The notes: generated from the letters alone by a model not told the origin. 64,000 nucleotides of DNA from an uncultured Bdellovibrio sp. (GCA_963932905.1 CAWVRN010000021.1:1-64000); one strand, 5' to 3'; counted from the stretch's first letter, positions 20,469-31,998 are shown. Numbers and translations are program-made.

Positions 20469-23158
20469 TCTTCCTCCGCAGGCATGGTGGGTTGCTCTTC
20501 GATTGGCAGAGAAATTACAAATCGTGCTCCATGTGGCGAATTGGCTTCAAAACCAAGTTCACCGTGATGTAAGTTCACAATTTCTTTTACAATAGATAGT
20601 CCTAATCCAGTTCCTCCCGGAGGCGCCCCAGGGACGCGATAAAATTTTTCAAAAATATATGGTACGGATAGTTCTGGAATTCCAGGACCGTTGTCTTCCA
20701 CCAAAATTTTTAGAACAGAATTATGTCGATGTGCCTTTATTAATATTTTGCTGCCTTTTGGTGTGTACTGAGTTGCATTTAAAATTAAATTAGAAATAGC
20801 ATGCTCAAATAATCTGAAATCAATTTTTATCATTGCTAGGTCGGCAGGAACTTCGACTACGATAACGTGATTGGCAGTTGAGGTTTTAATTCGCTTAAGG
20901 ACAACTCCAACTAAATCGCTTGGATCATGCCATTCCAAATTTAACGCCAAAACACCGGAACTAAGGCGACTCATATCTAAAAGATTTTCGATCACCTGAT
21001 TTAAACGAGTACCCGTATCGTTTAGACTTCGAGCAATGTCTTTCACATAAGGATCCTGTATTAGATCGCTATCCAATGCAGCTGTTGCGCCTAACATGGC
21101 GGTCAGCGGCGTGCGCAGTTCATGAGAAATAGAATTCAGTAGAGTTTGATGAAGCACTTCGGAATCTTTCAATCTTTGTGCTTCTTGCAGACGACGGCCT
21201 AGGAAATGGCGTTCAATTGAAATGCCAAGCTGGCCAACAATAGCGAACAGCAAAGTGGAATGCTCGCTTCCCATCTTTTTGATTTTACGATTAGGTTTGA
21301 AAACGAAAACACCCACCACCTCATTGGCACCACGAAGTGGTATGTACAAAGATCGTGACTGGCTTAATGTGTCGGTAGACCATCCCGCAGATTTTCTATT
21401 TTGAAAACACCAGATGGCAACGGCTTGTTCTTTGTCATCCAGTTTCCATGGCATATGTTTATTGGATTCAACATCCAAGTTTCCCTTCTTGGATTTTAAA
21501 ATGATGCCGCAATCTGCGTCAAATGTCTTATCGACTCTAGAAACTGTTTTCTCGATAAATTCGCGCTTGTCTTTTGCGTTTGAGATATCTTGTAAAATTT
21601 GAAATAGCATATTTGTGCGATCTTCACGGTCACGAATTACTTTTTCATGAAAACGAATTCGATTAGTCAGAAATCCTGTAATGATGGCAACGACGAAATA
21701 GGCGATACATAAAATAAAATCTTCAGGTTGAGAAATTGTTATTGTGAATTTCGGAGGAATAAATCCAATGTTCCAGGTAAGAGCACTTACCGCTGCCGCC
21801 ATTAAAACCGCACCTAGACTGCCAAACAGGCCGACGGTTAGAACACCTAGCAAGAAAATGAAACCGACGGTGCGGTATCCGATGAAAGGCTCAATAACAG
21901 TACTTAGCGCGGTTATTGCAGCCAGAAACCACAATGTATTCCAATATTTTATCCAGCCTGTAGCGGAACGGTAATGTTTTAATTCTTGCCACACCGAGGG
22001 ACGGAACTGACTTTTTTGATCTTGACGAATAATGTGTATATCGACTTCAAGACTTTCTTTGATGAAATGATTCAACAGCGATCCGCCTTCAAGTAAATCG
22101 CGAAACCATCGCCGAGTAGGTCTGCCGACGATGACTTGTGTGACATTTTTTTGTCGACAAATACGTTTTAAAGCTTCAGCTAGGCTGGTGTCCACCATAG
22201 TTACAACTTCGGCCTTAAGTTCTTTTGCCAAAGATAGGTTTCTATTTAACTGCGCTTGATCTTCACTGTTTAGCTGAATACCAGTATCGACGTGAACTGC
22301 AATCCACGGCGCTTCTAAGCTATATGCGATTCTTCGCGTGGCGCGAATTATTTTTTCAGAGTAGGGACTATGCGAGACCGCGACCAACAATCGCTCATTT
22401 GTCTGCCACGGTTGTTGATCGCGGGCCGCCGAAAATTTTTGTAAATCCTGATCAACTCGTTCGGCGGTAAAACGCAAAGCAATTTCGCGTAGTGCAGTTA
22501 ATTTGTCTTCTTTGAAAAAACCGGCGGCAGCGGCAGCGGCTTTGTCGCCAAGATAGACTTTGCCCTCTGACAATCGTTTTAATAATTCAATTGGTGCAAT
22601 GTCGACAAGTTCGACTTGCCCAGCTCGTTCGATGATACTATCTGGTACTGTTTCGCGAATTGAAATACCGGTAATGGATTCTGCTGCATCTTTGCGACTT
22701 TCCAAATGTTGCACATTAAGCGCGGTCAAAACATCAATTCCATGGTCTAATAATTCAAGTACATCCTGATATCGTTTTTGATGGCGTGATCCTGGGGCAT
22801 TCGTGTGAGCCAATTCATCAACGACGACTAATTCGGGCTTGCGCCTAATGATAGTATCGATATCTAACTCTTCCAAAACAGTTTCGCGGTATTGAATTTT
22901 TTTTCTGGGAACAATTTCTAAATCATTCAGCAATGCGGCCGTTTCTGAACGGTTGTGAGTTTCCACGATACCAACAACTACATCTACTCCTTCATTCTTC
23001 TTTTGATGAGCTGCTTTTAGCATGGCAAATGTTTTACCGACTCCTGCGGACATGCCTAAAAACACGCGCAGCTTAGCTGACGTACGAGCTTTTTCTTCGG
23101 CGTTGATGGCAGACAATAGCGAGTCAGGGTCTATTGGTCCGCGATATTTAGAGTTCAA
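20465..23158 (-). CDS. kdpD: Osmosensitive sensor histidine kinase KdpD
   Basis: GVGKT Walker A, VDELAHTNAPGSRH, Usp domain, 4 TMs, GAF, SISHELRTPL. Confidence 0.96.
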   Translation of the reverse strand: MNSKYRGPIDPDSLLSAINAEEKARTSAKLRVFLGMSAGVGKTFAMLKAAHQKKNEGVDVVVGIVETHNRSETAALLNDLEIVPRKKIQYRETVLEELDIDTIIRRKPELVVVDELAHTNAPGSRHQKRYQDVLELLDHGIDVLTALNVQHLESRKDAAESITGISIRETVPDSIIERAGQVELVDIAPIELLKRLSEGKVYLGDKAAAAAAGFFKEDKLTALREIALRFTAERVDQDLQKFSAARDQQPWQTNERLLVAVSHSPYSEKIIRATRRIAYSLEAPWIAVHVDTGIQLNSEDQAQLNRNLSLAKELKAEVVTMVDTSLAEALKRICRQKNVTQVIVGRPTRRWFRDLLEGGSLLNHFIKESLEVDIHIIRQDQKSQFRPSVWQELKHYRSATGWIKYWNTLWFLAAITALSTVIEPFIGYRTVGFIFLLGVLTVGLFGSLGAVLMAAAVSALTWNIGFIPPKFTITISQPEDFILCIAYFVVAIITGFLTNRIRFHEKVIRDREDRTNMLFQILQDISNAKDKREFIEKTVSRVDKTFDADCGIILKSKKGNLDVESNKHMPWKLDDKEQAVAIWCFQNRKSAGWSTDTLSQSRSLYIPLRGANEVVGVFVFKPNRKIKKMGSEHSTLLFAIVGQLGISIERHFLGRRLQEAQRLKDSEVLHQTLLNSISHELRTPLTAMLGATAALDSDLIQDPYVKDIARSLNDTGTRLNQVIENLLDMSRLSSGVLALNLEWHDPSDLVGVVLKRIKTSTANHVIVVEVPADLAMIKIDFRLFEHAISNLILNATQYTPKGSKILIKAHRHNSVLKILVEDNGPGIPELSVPYIFEKFYRVPGAPPGGTGLGLSIVKEIVNLHHGELGFEANSPHGARFVISLPIEEQPTMPAEEE

Positions 23159-23159
23159 A

Positions 23160-23729
23160 TTAGTTCCTCAACCTTTGCAACGTATCTAAATTCAAATTCA
23201 ATTTCAAAACATTGATTTTGGTTTCACCTAATATACCTAATTGAGGGGACTCCGTCAGTTCATCGATAGCGTTGCGCACGGCGATGATATCTAAACCTCG
23301 CGCCTTAGCTACGCGACCTATTTGGTAATTGGCAGACGCCAAAGATATATGGGGATCTAACCCACTGGCCGAATTGAAAATTAAATCTTGAGGTGCTGTG
23401 GAATCTGTTCCGTGCTTTTGTTTTAGAAATTCCACGCGTATGTCATAGTTTTTCTTTAAAGCTGTGCTAACAGGACTCAGATTAGAGCCTCCGGAAGGGA
23501 GGGGGTTGTAGTCGGTCGCGGACGGCCGAGCCCAGAAGTAGCGGTCCGATTCAAATTTTTGAGCGATCAAGCTGGAACCAATAACGATACCATCTTTTGT
23601 GATTAGACTTCCGTTCGCTTCTTTTGAAAACAGACCTTGCGAAATTCCGGTCACTAGCAAAGGGTAAATGAAACCTGTTAAGAGAGTCATAAAGCCCAGC
23701 ATGCGAAATGAGATAAGAAATAACTTCAT
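23160..23729 (-). CDS. kdpC: K+-transporting ATPase subunit C
   Basis: GSSLIAQKF..RYFWARPSA and SASGLDPHIS. Confidence 0.95.
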   Translation of the reverse strand: MKLFLISFRMLGFMTLLTGFIYPLLVTGISQGLFSKEANGSLITKDGIVIGSSLIAQKFESDRYFWARPSATDYNPLPSGGSNLSPVSTALKKNYDIRVEFLKQKHGTDSTAPQDLIFNSASGLDPHISLASANYQIGRVAKARGLDIIAVRNAIDELTESPQLGILGETKINVLKLNLNLDTLQRLRN

Positions 23730-23741
23730 AAAAGTCTCCGG

Positions 23742-25826
23742 TTAAATTAGACCTGTTTTGGTGATCAAGATATCGATTAATTTAATGCCAATAAAGGGAA
23801 CGATAAGGCCACCAAATCCAAAAATAAGTAAATTACGACGAAGCACGTCCGCAGCACCCATCGAACGATACGCGACACCCTTTAGTGCTAAGGGAATTAA
23901 CGCTACGATGATCAGAGCATTAAAAATCACGGCGCTAAGGATCGCGCTATGTGAAGAATGCAAAGCCATGATATTTAGCTTTTCTAACGGACCGTGATTT
24001 TGTCCTGCTGTTATGTAGAGTGCGCTAAAAAGTGCTGGCAAAATGGCAAAATATTTCGCCACGTCGTTGGCAATACTGAACGTCGTTAAACTTCCTCGGG
24101 TCATTAATAACTGCTTTCCGATTTCTACTATTTCAATTAGCTTGGTAGGATTGGAATCTAAGTCCACCATGTTGCCGGCTTCGCGTGCGGCCTGGGTGCC
24201 CGTGTTCATTGCCACACCCACATCGGCTTGAGCTAGCGCCGGGGCATCATTAGTACCGTCTCCAGTCATGGCGACTAAGTGTCCTTTGTTTTGTTCTTCG
24301 CGAATTCGATTGAGTTTTGACTCTGGTGTCGCCTGGGCCATGAAGTCGTCGACTCCAGCTTCGGCGGCAATGGCTGCGGCTGTAATAGGATTGTCACCAG
24401 TAATCATCACAGTGCGAATTCCCATTTTTCTAAGTTCGGCAAATCGCTCTTTTATGCCTCCCTTTACGATATCTTTTAAATAAATCACGCCAAGGATCGC
24501 ATTCCCTTGGGAAACGACTAGGGGCGTCCCACCTTTTTTTGCAACGGTTTCAATTAATGAATCTAGCTGTGCGGGGATCGAGCCTTTATCTTTTTTTACA
24601 AGTTCTTTGATAGAATCGCCGGCTCCTTTACGAATGGACACAGAAGTCGTATTCGCATCTAAGAAATCGACGCCACTCATTCGTGTCTGTGCAGTAAAGG
24701 GAATAAAGGTCATGGATCGATGGCTTGCCGAATCTGCACGTAAATTAAATTTTTCTTTTGCTAAAACAACGATGGATCGGCCTTCCGCTGTTTCGTCGGC
24801 TAGTGAAGATAGTTGCGCGGCCTCTGCTAGTTGAATTTCAGTTACTCCTTTGATGGGTAAGAATTCCGATGCCATGCGGTTACCCAGCGTAATGGTACCT
24901 GTTTTATCTAGTAACAAAACATCAATATCACCAGCAGCTTCAACCGCACGGCCACTGGTCGCAATTACATTTCTACTGATAAGGCGATCCATACCGCTGA
25001 TGCCGATAGCACTTAACAAACCGCCGATCGTCGTTGGAATTAGGCAAACCAAAAGAGAAATTAATACGGGGACGGTAATGATGTTAGATAGGTCTTGGCC
25101 CATTGTCGTTCCCGCAAAATCCGTGAACGGTTTGATTGTCATTACGGCAAGTAAAAATACAATGGTTAAACCGGACAGAATAATACTGAGTGCAATTTCG
25201 TTCGGCGTCTTTTTACGAGTCGCACCTTCGACCAGGGAAATCATTCTATCTAAAAAGCTGCTTCCCGGTTCGGCGGTAATTTTAATTAGAATTTTGTCAC
25301 TGAGAACTTTGGTTCCGCCGGTGACGGCACTGCGATCACCTCCACTTTCACGTATGACTGGCGCCGATTCACCGGTAATGGCGGATTCGTCGACACTGGC
25401 AATGCCCAAAATAATCTCACCGTCGCTGGGAATGATGTCGCCTGCTTCGCAAACGACTACATCATTCTTTTTTAATTCTACAGCGGAAACCAAAGATTCT
25501 TTCTCATTTACTAGTAATCTAGCCTTGGTGGACGTTCTAACTTTCTTCAAACTTTCGGCCTGTGCTTTGCCTCGTCCTTCAGCGATTGCTTCGGCAAAAT
25601 TGGCAAACAGTACTGTAAACCATAACCAAATCGAAATTTGAAACTCAAATGACTTTGAACTGCCGCTACCAAAAATCAATATGAGAGTCGTTAAGACGGC
25701 ACAGATCTCGGTCACAAACATAACTGGATTTCGTGCTTGTGCTCGAGGATCAAGTTTTATAAATGCGCCTTTCATTGCTGGTAATAGGATTTGTGGATTC
25801 GTCCACTGGCTCTCTGTTTTTTTCAT
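23742..25826 (-). CDS. kdpB: K+-transporting P-type ATPase subunit B
   Basis: TGES, CLIPTT, DKTGT, TGDN and GDGTND motifs. Confidence 0.98.
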   Translation of the reverse strand: MKKTESQWTNPQILLPAMKGAFIKLDPRAQARNPVMFVTEICAVLTTLILIFGSGSSKSFEFQISIWLWFTVLFANFAEAIAEGRGKAQAESLKKVRTSTKARLLVNEKESLVSAVELKKNDVVVCEAGDIIPSDGEIILGIASVDESAITGESAPVIRESGGDRSAVTGGTKVLSDKILIKITAEPGSSFLDRMISLVEGATRKKTPNEIALSIILSGLTIVFLLAVMTIKPFTDFAGTTMGQDLSNIITVPVLISLLVCLIPTTIGGLLSAIGISGMDRLISRNVIATSGRAVEAAGDIDVLLLDKTGTITLGNRMASEFLPIKGVTEIQLAEAAQLSSLADETAEGRSIVVLAKEKFNLRADSASHRSMTFIPFTAQTRMSGVDFLDANTTSVSIRKGAGDSIKELVKKDKGSIPAQLDSLIETVAKKGGTPLVVSQGNAILGVIYLKDIVKGGIKERFAELRKMGIRTVMITGDNPITAAAIAAEAGVDDFMAQATPESKLNRIREEQNKGHLVAMTGDGTNDAPALAQADVGVAMNTGTQAAREAGNMVDLDSNPTKLIEIVEIGKQLLMTRGSLTTFSIANDVAKYFAILPALFSALYITAGQNHGPLEKLNIMALHSSHSAILSAVIFNALIIVALIPLALKGVAYRSMGAADVLRRNLLIFGFGGLIVPFIGIKLIDILITKTGLI

Positions 25827-25836
25827 ACATACCTCG

Positions 25837-27528
25837 CTAGTAAATCGTTCCGTTTGACATCATAAAGTGTTCGACAATGGGACCTAAAGAAAGCGCTGGG
25901 AGAAAAGTTAAAGCACCGACAATCAGAATCACGCCAATTAATAGAATAGCGAAAATAGCTGTATCAGTGGCAAATGTTCCTGCTGATGGCGGAGAGGTTT
26001 TTCTTCGGACTAAACTACCGGCAATCGCCAACACGGGAATGATAACTACAAATCGTCCGATCAACATCGCAAGACCTAAAATTAGATTGTAGTAAACGGT
26101 GTTCGCGTTTAAACCCGCAAATGCACTTCCATTATTTCCGGTCGCCGATGTGAATGCATACAGAACTTCAGAAAATCCGTGAGGGCCTTTGTGGGACAAA
26201 CTTGAAAGTGCAGTAGGCAACATCACCGACAAGGCGGTGCCAGTTAAAATCGTGGCGCACGGACCAAGTATGCCGAAAACGGCCCACTTCATTTCATAAG
26301 CTTCGATTTTTTTACCAAGATATTCTGGGCTACGTCCAACCATCAAGCCCGATAAAAATACGGTCAATAGAACGAATAGCAACATGCCGTACATTCCGGC
26401 ACCTACACCACCGAAAATGATTTCACCAAGCATAATATTAAACATCGCAATCCCGCCAGCTATTGGAGACAGGCTAGAGTGCATTGAATTCACGGAACCG
26501 TTGGAAGCAACAGTTGTTAGAGTGGACCAGATTAAACTGTTAATAACACCAAATCGAGTTTCCTTTCCTTCCATTAAACCAGGTTGATTATATATCGGAT
26601 TTACTTGATATTCCGCAGCCGATGACGCGGCCAAGGTTGCTAACCAAATTCCTAGCATCACAGCAAATATTGTCCATCCGTGGCGCTGGTGTCCCGTCAT
26701 GCGACCATAGGTAAATGTAAGTGCTGCTGGCAAAAGAATGATGGCTAACATCTGCAAGAAATTTGAAAGCGGAGTTGGATTTTCTAACGGATGTGCTGAA
26801 TTTGCATTGAAAAAACCGCCGCCATTTGTTCCTAATTGTTTGATTGCTACCTGCGATGCCGCCGGACCAGAGGGGATGATTTGTTTTGCGCCTTCTAGAG
26901 TCGTTGCCTCTGTGTAACCTGAAAAATTTTGCACAACTCCTTGGCTTACTAAAATAATAGATAAAACAATCGATAAAGGTAGCAGTACATACACTACACT
27001 TCGTGTAAGATCGGTCCAAAAGTTACCTAACGTCGCCGCGTTCTTTCGGACGATCCCTCGGGTTAAAGCTAAAAACACGGCAATGCCAGTGGCTGCACTT
27101 ACAAAGTTTTGAGTGGTCAATGCAAGCATTTGAGTCAGAAATGACATTACAGTTTCACCGGCATAACCTTGCCAGTTAGTGTTTGTCATAAAACTTATCG
27201 CCGTGTTGAAGGCCGAATGCCAAGAAACTCCCGGCAGCTGCTGAGGATTTAGTGGCAAAAACGACTGAATCATTTGCAAAATGAAAACAACCAAAAATCC
27301 GATGAAATTAAATATAAGAAGAGCTTGAGTGTACTGACGCCAATTCATTTCTTCTGTTGAATCCACACCCGCGAATTTATAGGCCAAATTTTCTAGCCAT
27401 CCAAAAACTGGTTTTAAAATATGTTTTTGCCCTTCGAAAACTTGGGCCAAATATTTTCCTAGTAATGGTGTAAGTAAAATAATCGCAGTTACAAATATTG
27501 CAATTTGAATAAAATCTGTCGCTTTCAT
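25837..27528 (-). CDS. kdpA: K+-transporting ATPase subunit A
   Basis: [23 protein letters not shown] and NNGS selectivity-filter motifs. Confidence 0.98.
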   Translation of the reverse strand: MKATDFIQIAIFVTAIILLTPLLGKYLAQVFEGQKHILKPVFGWLENLAYKFAGVDSTEEMNWRQYTQALLIFNFIGFLVVFILQMIQSFLPLNPQQLPGVSWHSAFNTAISFMTNTNWQGYAGETVMSFLTQMLALTTQNFVSAATGIAVFLALTRGIVRKNAATLGNFWTDLTRSVVYVLLPLSIVLSIILVSQGVVQNFSGYTEATTLEGAKQIIPSGPAASQVAIKQLGTNGGGFFNANSAHPLENPTPLSNFLQMLAIILLPAALTFTYGRMTGHQRHGWTIFAVMLGIWLATLAASSAAEYQVNPIYNQPGLMEGKETRFGVINSLIWSTLTTVASNGSVNSMHSSLSPIAGGIAMFNIMLGEIIFGGVGAGMYGMLLFVLLTVFLSGLMVGRSPEYLGKKIEAYEMKWAVFGILGPCATILTGTALSVMLPTALSSLSHKGPHGFSEVLYAFTSATGNNGSAFAGLNANTVYYNLILGLAMLIGRFVVIIPVLAIAGSLVRRKTSPPSAGTFATDTAIFAILLIGVILIVGALTFLPALSLGPIVEHFMMSNGTIY

Positions 27529-27541
27529 ATCGACTCCACAG

Positions 27542-27625
27542 TTAAAATTTTTCTGGATTGAATAGTGCGTATACTAAATAGCCCAGAACTAAAATTCCGA
27601 TTAAACCTGATAGAAAAAAATCCAT
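27542..27625 (-). CDS. kdpF: K+-transporting ATPase subunit F (27 aa, absent from ORF track)
   Basis: Hand translation MDFFLSGLIGILVLGYLVYALFNPEKF; GGGAGG RBS; YLVYAL..PE.F signature; directly upstream of kdpA. Confidence 0.93.
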   Translation of the reverse strand: MDFFLSGLIGILVLGYLVYALFNPEKF

Positions 27626-27637
27626 AAAGCCTCCCTA

Positions 27638-28936
27638 CTAAAATCGAACCATCATAGCCGCAGTTAAACGATCTTCTGTTTGAACTAAATCTGGATTCCA
27701 ATTTGTGACCGCCGAACCAAGTGATCCTTGGTTTCCACCCGGAGGAGTCATGCCATTAGGTCCTGCAAAATAGGGAACGCTGGCCCAGCGACGAGTGTAT
27801 TCTAAACGGAAAGTCAGATTGCGAGTCGGCATATAATCACCAGCGATTTGCGCATCCCATGCCGAAAAATCATCACCAGGATTGGCGGTGAAGTAGGGCG
27901 TTCCCGAATAGGCGGTAGCGCCATTTATTGGCGGCATTAAAACTAGATAGCGACCCGGATTTCTGATTTGCCCGCCGCCGATTGTTAATCCATAGGTGTC
28001 TTTTTCAAACCACACGCGATTGTAAGCCATGAAGCCTACAAAGTACTGACCATCGCAATTAACTCCGCCGCCTTGTTCACAGCCAGCATCAATAGTGAGT
28101 GAAGCAGCCGCTTTACTTAACGTAGCAGACTGATTTTCGTAGTATTTTGTCATGATGCTGTTGTCACTATGAACGCGAACGCGACCAGAATTACCTAGCG
28201 TATCGGCGCCGTAGTATTGATTGGATACGATAGCTAATGAATCAGTAGGACGATAAGAAATTTGAACACCAGCACCGGGCTGTTCATTGAATTGTCCATA
28301 AGACTGCCATCCATTGATCAACCAAGGTTCAATTTTAAGTTTATCATTTGGAAAAAATTGAAGACGAACACCGTTGAAAAACCAAGGTGTATTGGATGAA
28401 ACGTACGAAGGTTGATAGGTCCAATTGTCGAAGTTGTAGTAGCTCCATAAACCAATGTAGGACATGAAAATCCCGGCTTGGATATTTGTCCCATTGGCTA
28501 ATTTGTAAGTGCCATAGGCTTCGGATACATATCGGTAAGCATTGTCAGTCTGCCATTGTCCACGTGACGTGCTGGGGTCATTGCGTGGCGTAGTCATGGA
28601 ATACATTCCAAACTGAGTCATTAAACGAAAGCCCACGTTGTTATAATTAAAGTCGCCACCAGCACCAATTTGGGTTAGTTGAAGTTCATTGTGTCGAAAT
28701 ACTTCGCTTGATCCCGATATGGTGTGGTCGGATGGTTTGTTGAATGAATAATGATAAGCAGAATCAAGCCTGATTTCCGGTGTGAAATACTTTGTAGCCA
28801 TCGGGGATTCGGTGGGAGCATAGTTTCCCGGCATCCAAGAATAGTCTGCTGTTTGGGCGTGTAATACAGTCGATGTAATCAGCATAAGTTTCATCAGAAC
28901 AATGGAATAAAGAGATTGAGTTTTGAGAATTGACAT
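27638..28936 (-). CDS. Outer-membrane beta-barrel porin (BBP2-like), first gene of the kdp operon
   Basis: Signal peptide, aromatic-rich strands, terminal Phe; GAAAGGA RBS before ATG 28936; 12-nt gap to kdpF. Confidence 0.78.
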   Translation of the reverse strand: MSILKTQSLYSIVLMKLMLITSTVLHAQTADYSWMPGNYAPTESPMATKYFTPEIRLDSAYHYSFNKPSDHTISGSSEVFRHNELQLTQIGAGGDFNYNNVGFRLMTQFGMYSMTTPRNDPSTSRGQWQTDNAYRYVSEAYGTYKLANGTNIQAGIFMSYIGLWSYYNFDNWTYQPSYVSSNTPWFFNGVRLQFFPNDKLKIEPWLINGWQSYGQFNEQPGAGVQISYRPTDSLAIVSNQYYGADTLGNSGRVRVHSDNSIMTKYYENQSATLSKAAASLTIDAGCEQGGGVNCDGQYFVGFMAYNRVWFEKDTYGLTIGGGQIRNPGRYLVLMPPINGATAYSGTPYFTANPGDDFSAWDAQIAGDYMPTRNLTFRLEYTRRWASVPYFAGPNGMTPPGGNQGSLGSAVTNWNPDLVQTEDRLTAAMMVRF

Positions 28937-28980
28937 AACGATCCTTTCAATGACGTTACAGTCAGGATGCATCCAATGAG

Positions 28981-29000
28981 CGTAAAAAAGATGTAAAAAA
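28981..29000 (-). promoter_or_regulatory. Putative KdpE binding site
   Basis: TTTTTTACATCTTTTTTACG: TTTTTTAC direct repeat with 11-bp period, resembling the T-rich TTTAYA tandem site upstream of E. coli kdpF. Confidence 0.7.
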
Positions 29001-29189
29001 CTGACCTCAAGGTATCTTGAAAAAGACCAATTCAAAATTCTCAGAACGAGGCTTCGTAAATATGGTTAATAGCTATGGATTCCCTGTCTGGAGCGGCTCT
29101 GGTCAGAATCCTGGAATTCACCACTCTTTGACAATTTTGAGGGTACACTGGAGGAAAGCCTTTGAAGGAATCAAGGAGCGAAAGTTAAA

Positions 29190-30413
29190 ATGAAAAAGTT
29201 TTTTTGCCTTGCACTGTTGTATGTATTCTCAGCTGCGCAAAAAGTTGAAGCTAACACCGATGGAAGCTCTTCGATTTACCTGGTTTTCCGGGAATTTGAT
29301 GTCAAAGCCGAGGTGAGCTTGGCTTTATCAGAATTAGAAGCCGCGTTTGGAAAGGAATTGCAGACTGATCCAACGGAAAAAATTAGGGATCTAAAAGTTG
29401 AGTTACGTAGTTATATTTTATCCCATATATCCGTTAAAGGCCAAGACGGCCTACCATGGCAAATCAATTTAACTGATGATTTCTCTATTGAGAATCTCCC
29501 AGGCGAACCGCGTAGCCTTGTTTTTAGTATCTCACTGCATTCAACAAACGTTCAGTCGCCGCGTGCATTTTCGATTTTCACCGATCTTATTGTTCATAAA
29601 ATTTTAAGTCATAGAATTTTAGTCTTTGTAAAATCTGACTGGGGAACAGGTGTCTCTTCCGAACATACAGAAGGCATAGGCATTGTTTACTCCGGACAAA
29701 ATGAAATTATTGTAAATCGAGGTGAAGGCAGCAATTGGGTTGGTTTTCTGAGCGTATTCAAACTTGGAATGGATCGTGTAAAAACAGAGTTCTATCACCT
29801 TATGTTTATCTTTGTCTTGTTATTATCAATGACTGTCTCTTATAAAAATAGTTTTTTTGATTTCTTTAGAGTTTTAAGTGCATTTACGGTAGGTCATTTC
29901 CTTAAGTTGCTTATTGTGGCTGCCGGCGCCAAGAACCTGCCTCTTCGATGGGATGAAGTTCTCTTTTCAGTTACGATAATTATTTTTATTTTCCATTCAT
30001 TTCGTCCTCTCTTTCCGGGACAAGAGTGGATTGTAGCGTTCGTATTCGGATTAGTTTACGGCTTTGTTTCTTCAAATGTAATTTCTGATTTCGGTTTGTC
30101 GGCGGGGAACCTGATCATTGGTTCCCTTGGTCTAAGTTTGGGAGTATTATTTATGCAATTGGTGATCGTCGCACTTTTTGCTCCGTGGTACTATATTGCC
30201 GCCAAAGGAAAATTTTATCCCGTATTTAGAAATCTGATTTTGTTGGCCGCTTTAATAATTTGCATTGTTTGGTTGTCGACACGCTTGTTAAATACCGAAA
30301 ATTTCTTGCTGCCATATTTAAATACGATAGTAGAACACCTCGAATGGAGTTTTCTTTACACTGCGGTAGGTTGCTTACTAGTGCGCTATCAAAAGCCAGA
30401 CAATATTAAATAA
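29190..30413 (+). CDS. Divergent HupE/UreJ-like membrane protein
   Basis: Signal peptide and periplasmic domain, then FKLG...HLMFIFVLLL...SAFTVGH...AFVFGLVYGF pattern. Confidence 0.65.
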   Translation: MKKFFCLALLYVFSAAQKVEANTDGSSSIYLVFREFDVKAEVSLALSELEAAFGKELQTDPTEKIRDLKVELRSYILSHISVKGQDGLPWQINLTDDFSIENLPGEPRSLVFSISLHSTNVQSPRAFSIFTDLIVHKILSHRILVFVKSDWGTGVSSEHTEGIGIVYSGQNEIIVNRGEGSNWVGFLSVFKLGMDRVKTEFYHLMFIFVLLLSMTVSYKNSFFDFFRVLSAFTVGHFLKLLIVAAGAKNLPLRWDEVLFSVTIIIFIFHSFRPLFPGQEWIVAFVFGLVYGFVSSNVISDFGLSAGNLIIGSLGLSLGVLFMQLVIVALFAPWYYIAAKGKFYPVFRNLILLAALIICIVWLSTRLLNTENFLLPYLNTIVEHLEWSFLYTAVGCLLVRYQKPDNIK

Positions 30414-30473
30414 ATTATGCTTGAGCTTGCCGCCTAGACGTGTTTTTTTAAATAAAAATGTAAAGGATGCGCA

Positions 30474-31385
30474 TTGAAATCTATTGTCATATTCTTATTA
30501 TTGAGTCTTTTTTCAGAAGCTAAAATTCAAATGGCAATCACTGTTGACGATTTACCAGCTCACGGACAATTGCCAGGTGGGTATAATCGTCTTCAAATTA
30601 CTAAAAAAATGTTAGATGTTTTAAAGTCTCATCAGATTCCAGAAGTTTATGGTTTTCTAAACGCTAGTAAAATTGGCGACGATAAAATATTAATGGAATC
30701 CGTTAAACTATGGACGGATACTGGTTATCCATTAGGTAATCATACGTTCACCCACAAGAGCATAAACAAGGTGTCCCTTGCAGAATTTAAACAAGAGATC
30801 GACAACAACGAAAGCGCGCTACAAAACTATGGTGGAAAATTTGACTGGAAATATTTTCGCTATCCTTATCTGCATGAAGGTAATACATTAGAAACGCGTA
30901 ATGCAATTCGTGATCATTTGAAAAGCAAAGGATATAAAATTGCTCAGGTCACCGTGGACTTTGAAGATTGGTCTTGGAATGATCCTTACGCTCGATGTCT
31001 AGATAAGAACGAAAAGAAAACTATTAAGTGGTTGAAATCGACATTTATCGCCAATGCGAAAGAACATTTACGACGCGAAGTAAAGTTATCAAAATTTTTA
31101 TTTCAGCGACCAGTGAAACATATTTTACTTCTGCATGTAGGCGCGTTTGATGCTGATATGATGGATGAATTACTACTCATGTATAAAAAAGAAGGCGTGG
31201 AATTTATTCCTTTGTCCGAAGCGATCAGTGATGAAATCTATACAATCGATCCGGCCTTGGCTGCCGAACATGGTTCAGAATTAACTTTTCAGATATTGAA
31301 ATCAAAAAATTTGAAACTAAAAGATGCCGGTCTAAAAAAGTTTAGCATGTATCCGAAAGAAAAATTAGATAAGGTGTGTCGATAG
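30474..31385 (+). CDS. Secreted polysaccharide deacetylase (CE4/NodB)
   Basis: ITVDDLP, GNHTFTH, YFRYPY and HILLLH motifs. Confidence 0.9.
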   Translation: MKSIVIFLLLSLFSEAKIQMAITVDDLPAHGQLPGGYNRLQITKKMLDVLKSHQIPEVYGFLNASKIGDDKILMESVKLWTDTGYPLGNHTFTHKSINKVSLAEFKQEIDNNESALQNYGGKFDWKYFRYPYLHEGNTLETRNAIRDHLKSKGYKIAQVTVDFEDWSWNDPYARCLDKNEKKTIKWLKSTFIANAKEHLRREVKLSKFLFQRPVKHILLLHVGAFDADMMDELLLMYKKEGVEFIPLSEAISDEIYTIDPALAAEHGSELTFQILKSKNLKLKDAGLKKFSMYPKEKLDKVCR

Positions 31386-31446
31386 AAAATCTGGCTAATT
31401 AGAAAAGCGCCAGTATACTAAAAAAATAAAGAAAGTGAGGCTTTAA

Positions 31447-31998
31447 ATGGCTGCAAATATTTATGATTTTTCAATTCCTAAAATCGACGGTAAACCATCA
31501 ACTTTGGCAGAGTATAGAGGAAAAGTAATGTTGATAGTAAACGTCGCTTCGGAATGTGGTTTGACTCCGCAGTATGAAGCTTTAGAAAAAACTTATGAAA
31601 AATATCGCGCTCAAGGTTTAGAAATTCTTGGGTTTCCAGCGAACGAGTTTGGCGCTCAAGAGCCTGGTACAAATCAACAAATTCAAGAATTTTGTACATC
31701 TAAATTTGGAATTAAATTTCCCATGTTTCAGAAAATTGTTGTTAAGGGCCCTGGCCAGCATCCGTTATATAATTATTTAACTACGGCAAAACCGGATGCC
31801 ATTCAAATTCCAAATTCAAAACTGGAACCTGATTTAGTTGAATATGGATTTAAACGCGAAATAAAAAAAGATATTTTGTGGAATTTTGAAAAATTCCTTG
31901 TGAACCGTCAAGGCCAAGTGGTCGCACGATTTGCGCCCGACATGACCCCTGACGATCCAACTGTCACCAAGGCTATTGAACAGGAGCTCCGTTCGTAG
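31447..31998 (+). CDS. Glutathione peroxidase family protein
   Basis: NVASECGLTPQY, GFPANEFGAQEPG and WNFEKFL; Cys-type. Confidence 0.95.
   Translation: MAANIYDFSIPKIDGKPSTLAEYRGKVMLIVNVASECGLTPQYEALEKTYEKYRAQGLEILGFPANEFGAQEPGTNQQIQEFCTSKFGIKFPMFQKIVVKGPGQHPLYNYLTTAKPDAIQIPNSKLEPDLVEYGFKREIKKDILWNFEKFLVNRQGQVVARFAPDMTPDDPTVTKAIEQELRS

Noticed and set aside
23758..25641. Series of + strand ORFs up to 263 aa
   Set aside because: Antisense shadows of kdpB with no motifs or RBS
29036..29189. GC-richer intergenic stretch upstream of the kdp operon as a possible c-di-AMP (ydaO) riboswitch
   Set aside because: The conserved ydaO segments were not found on either strand
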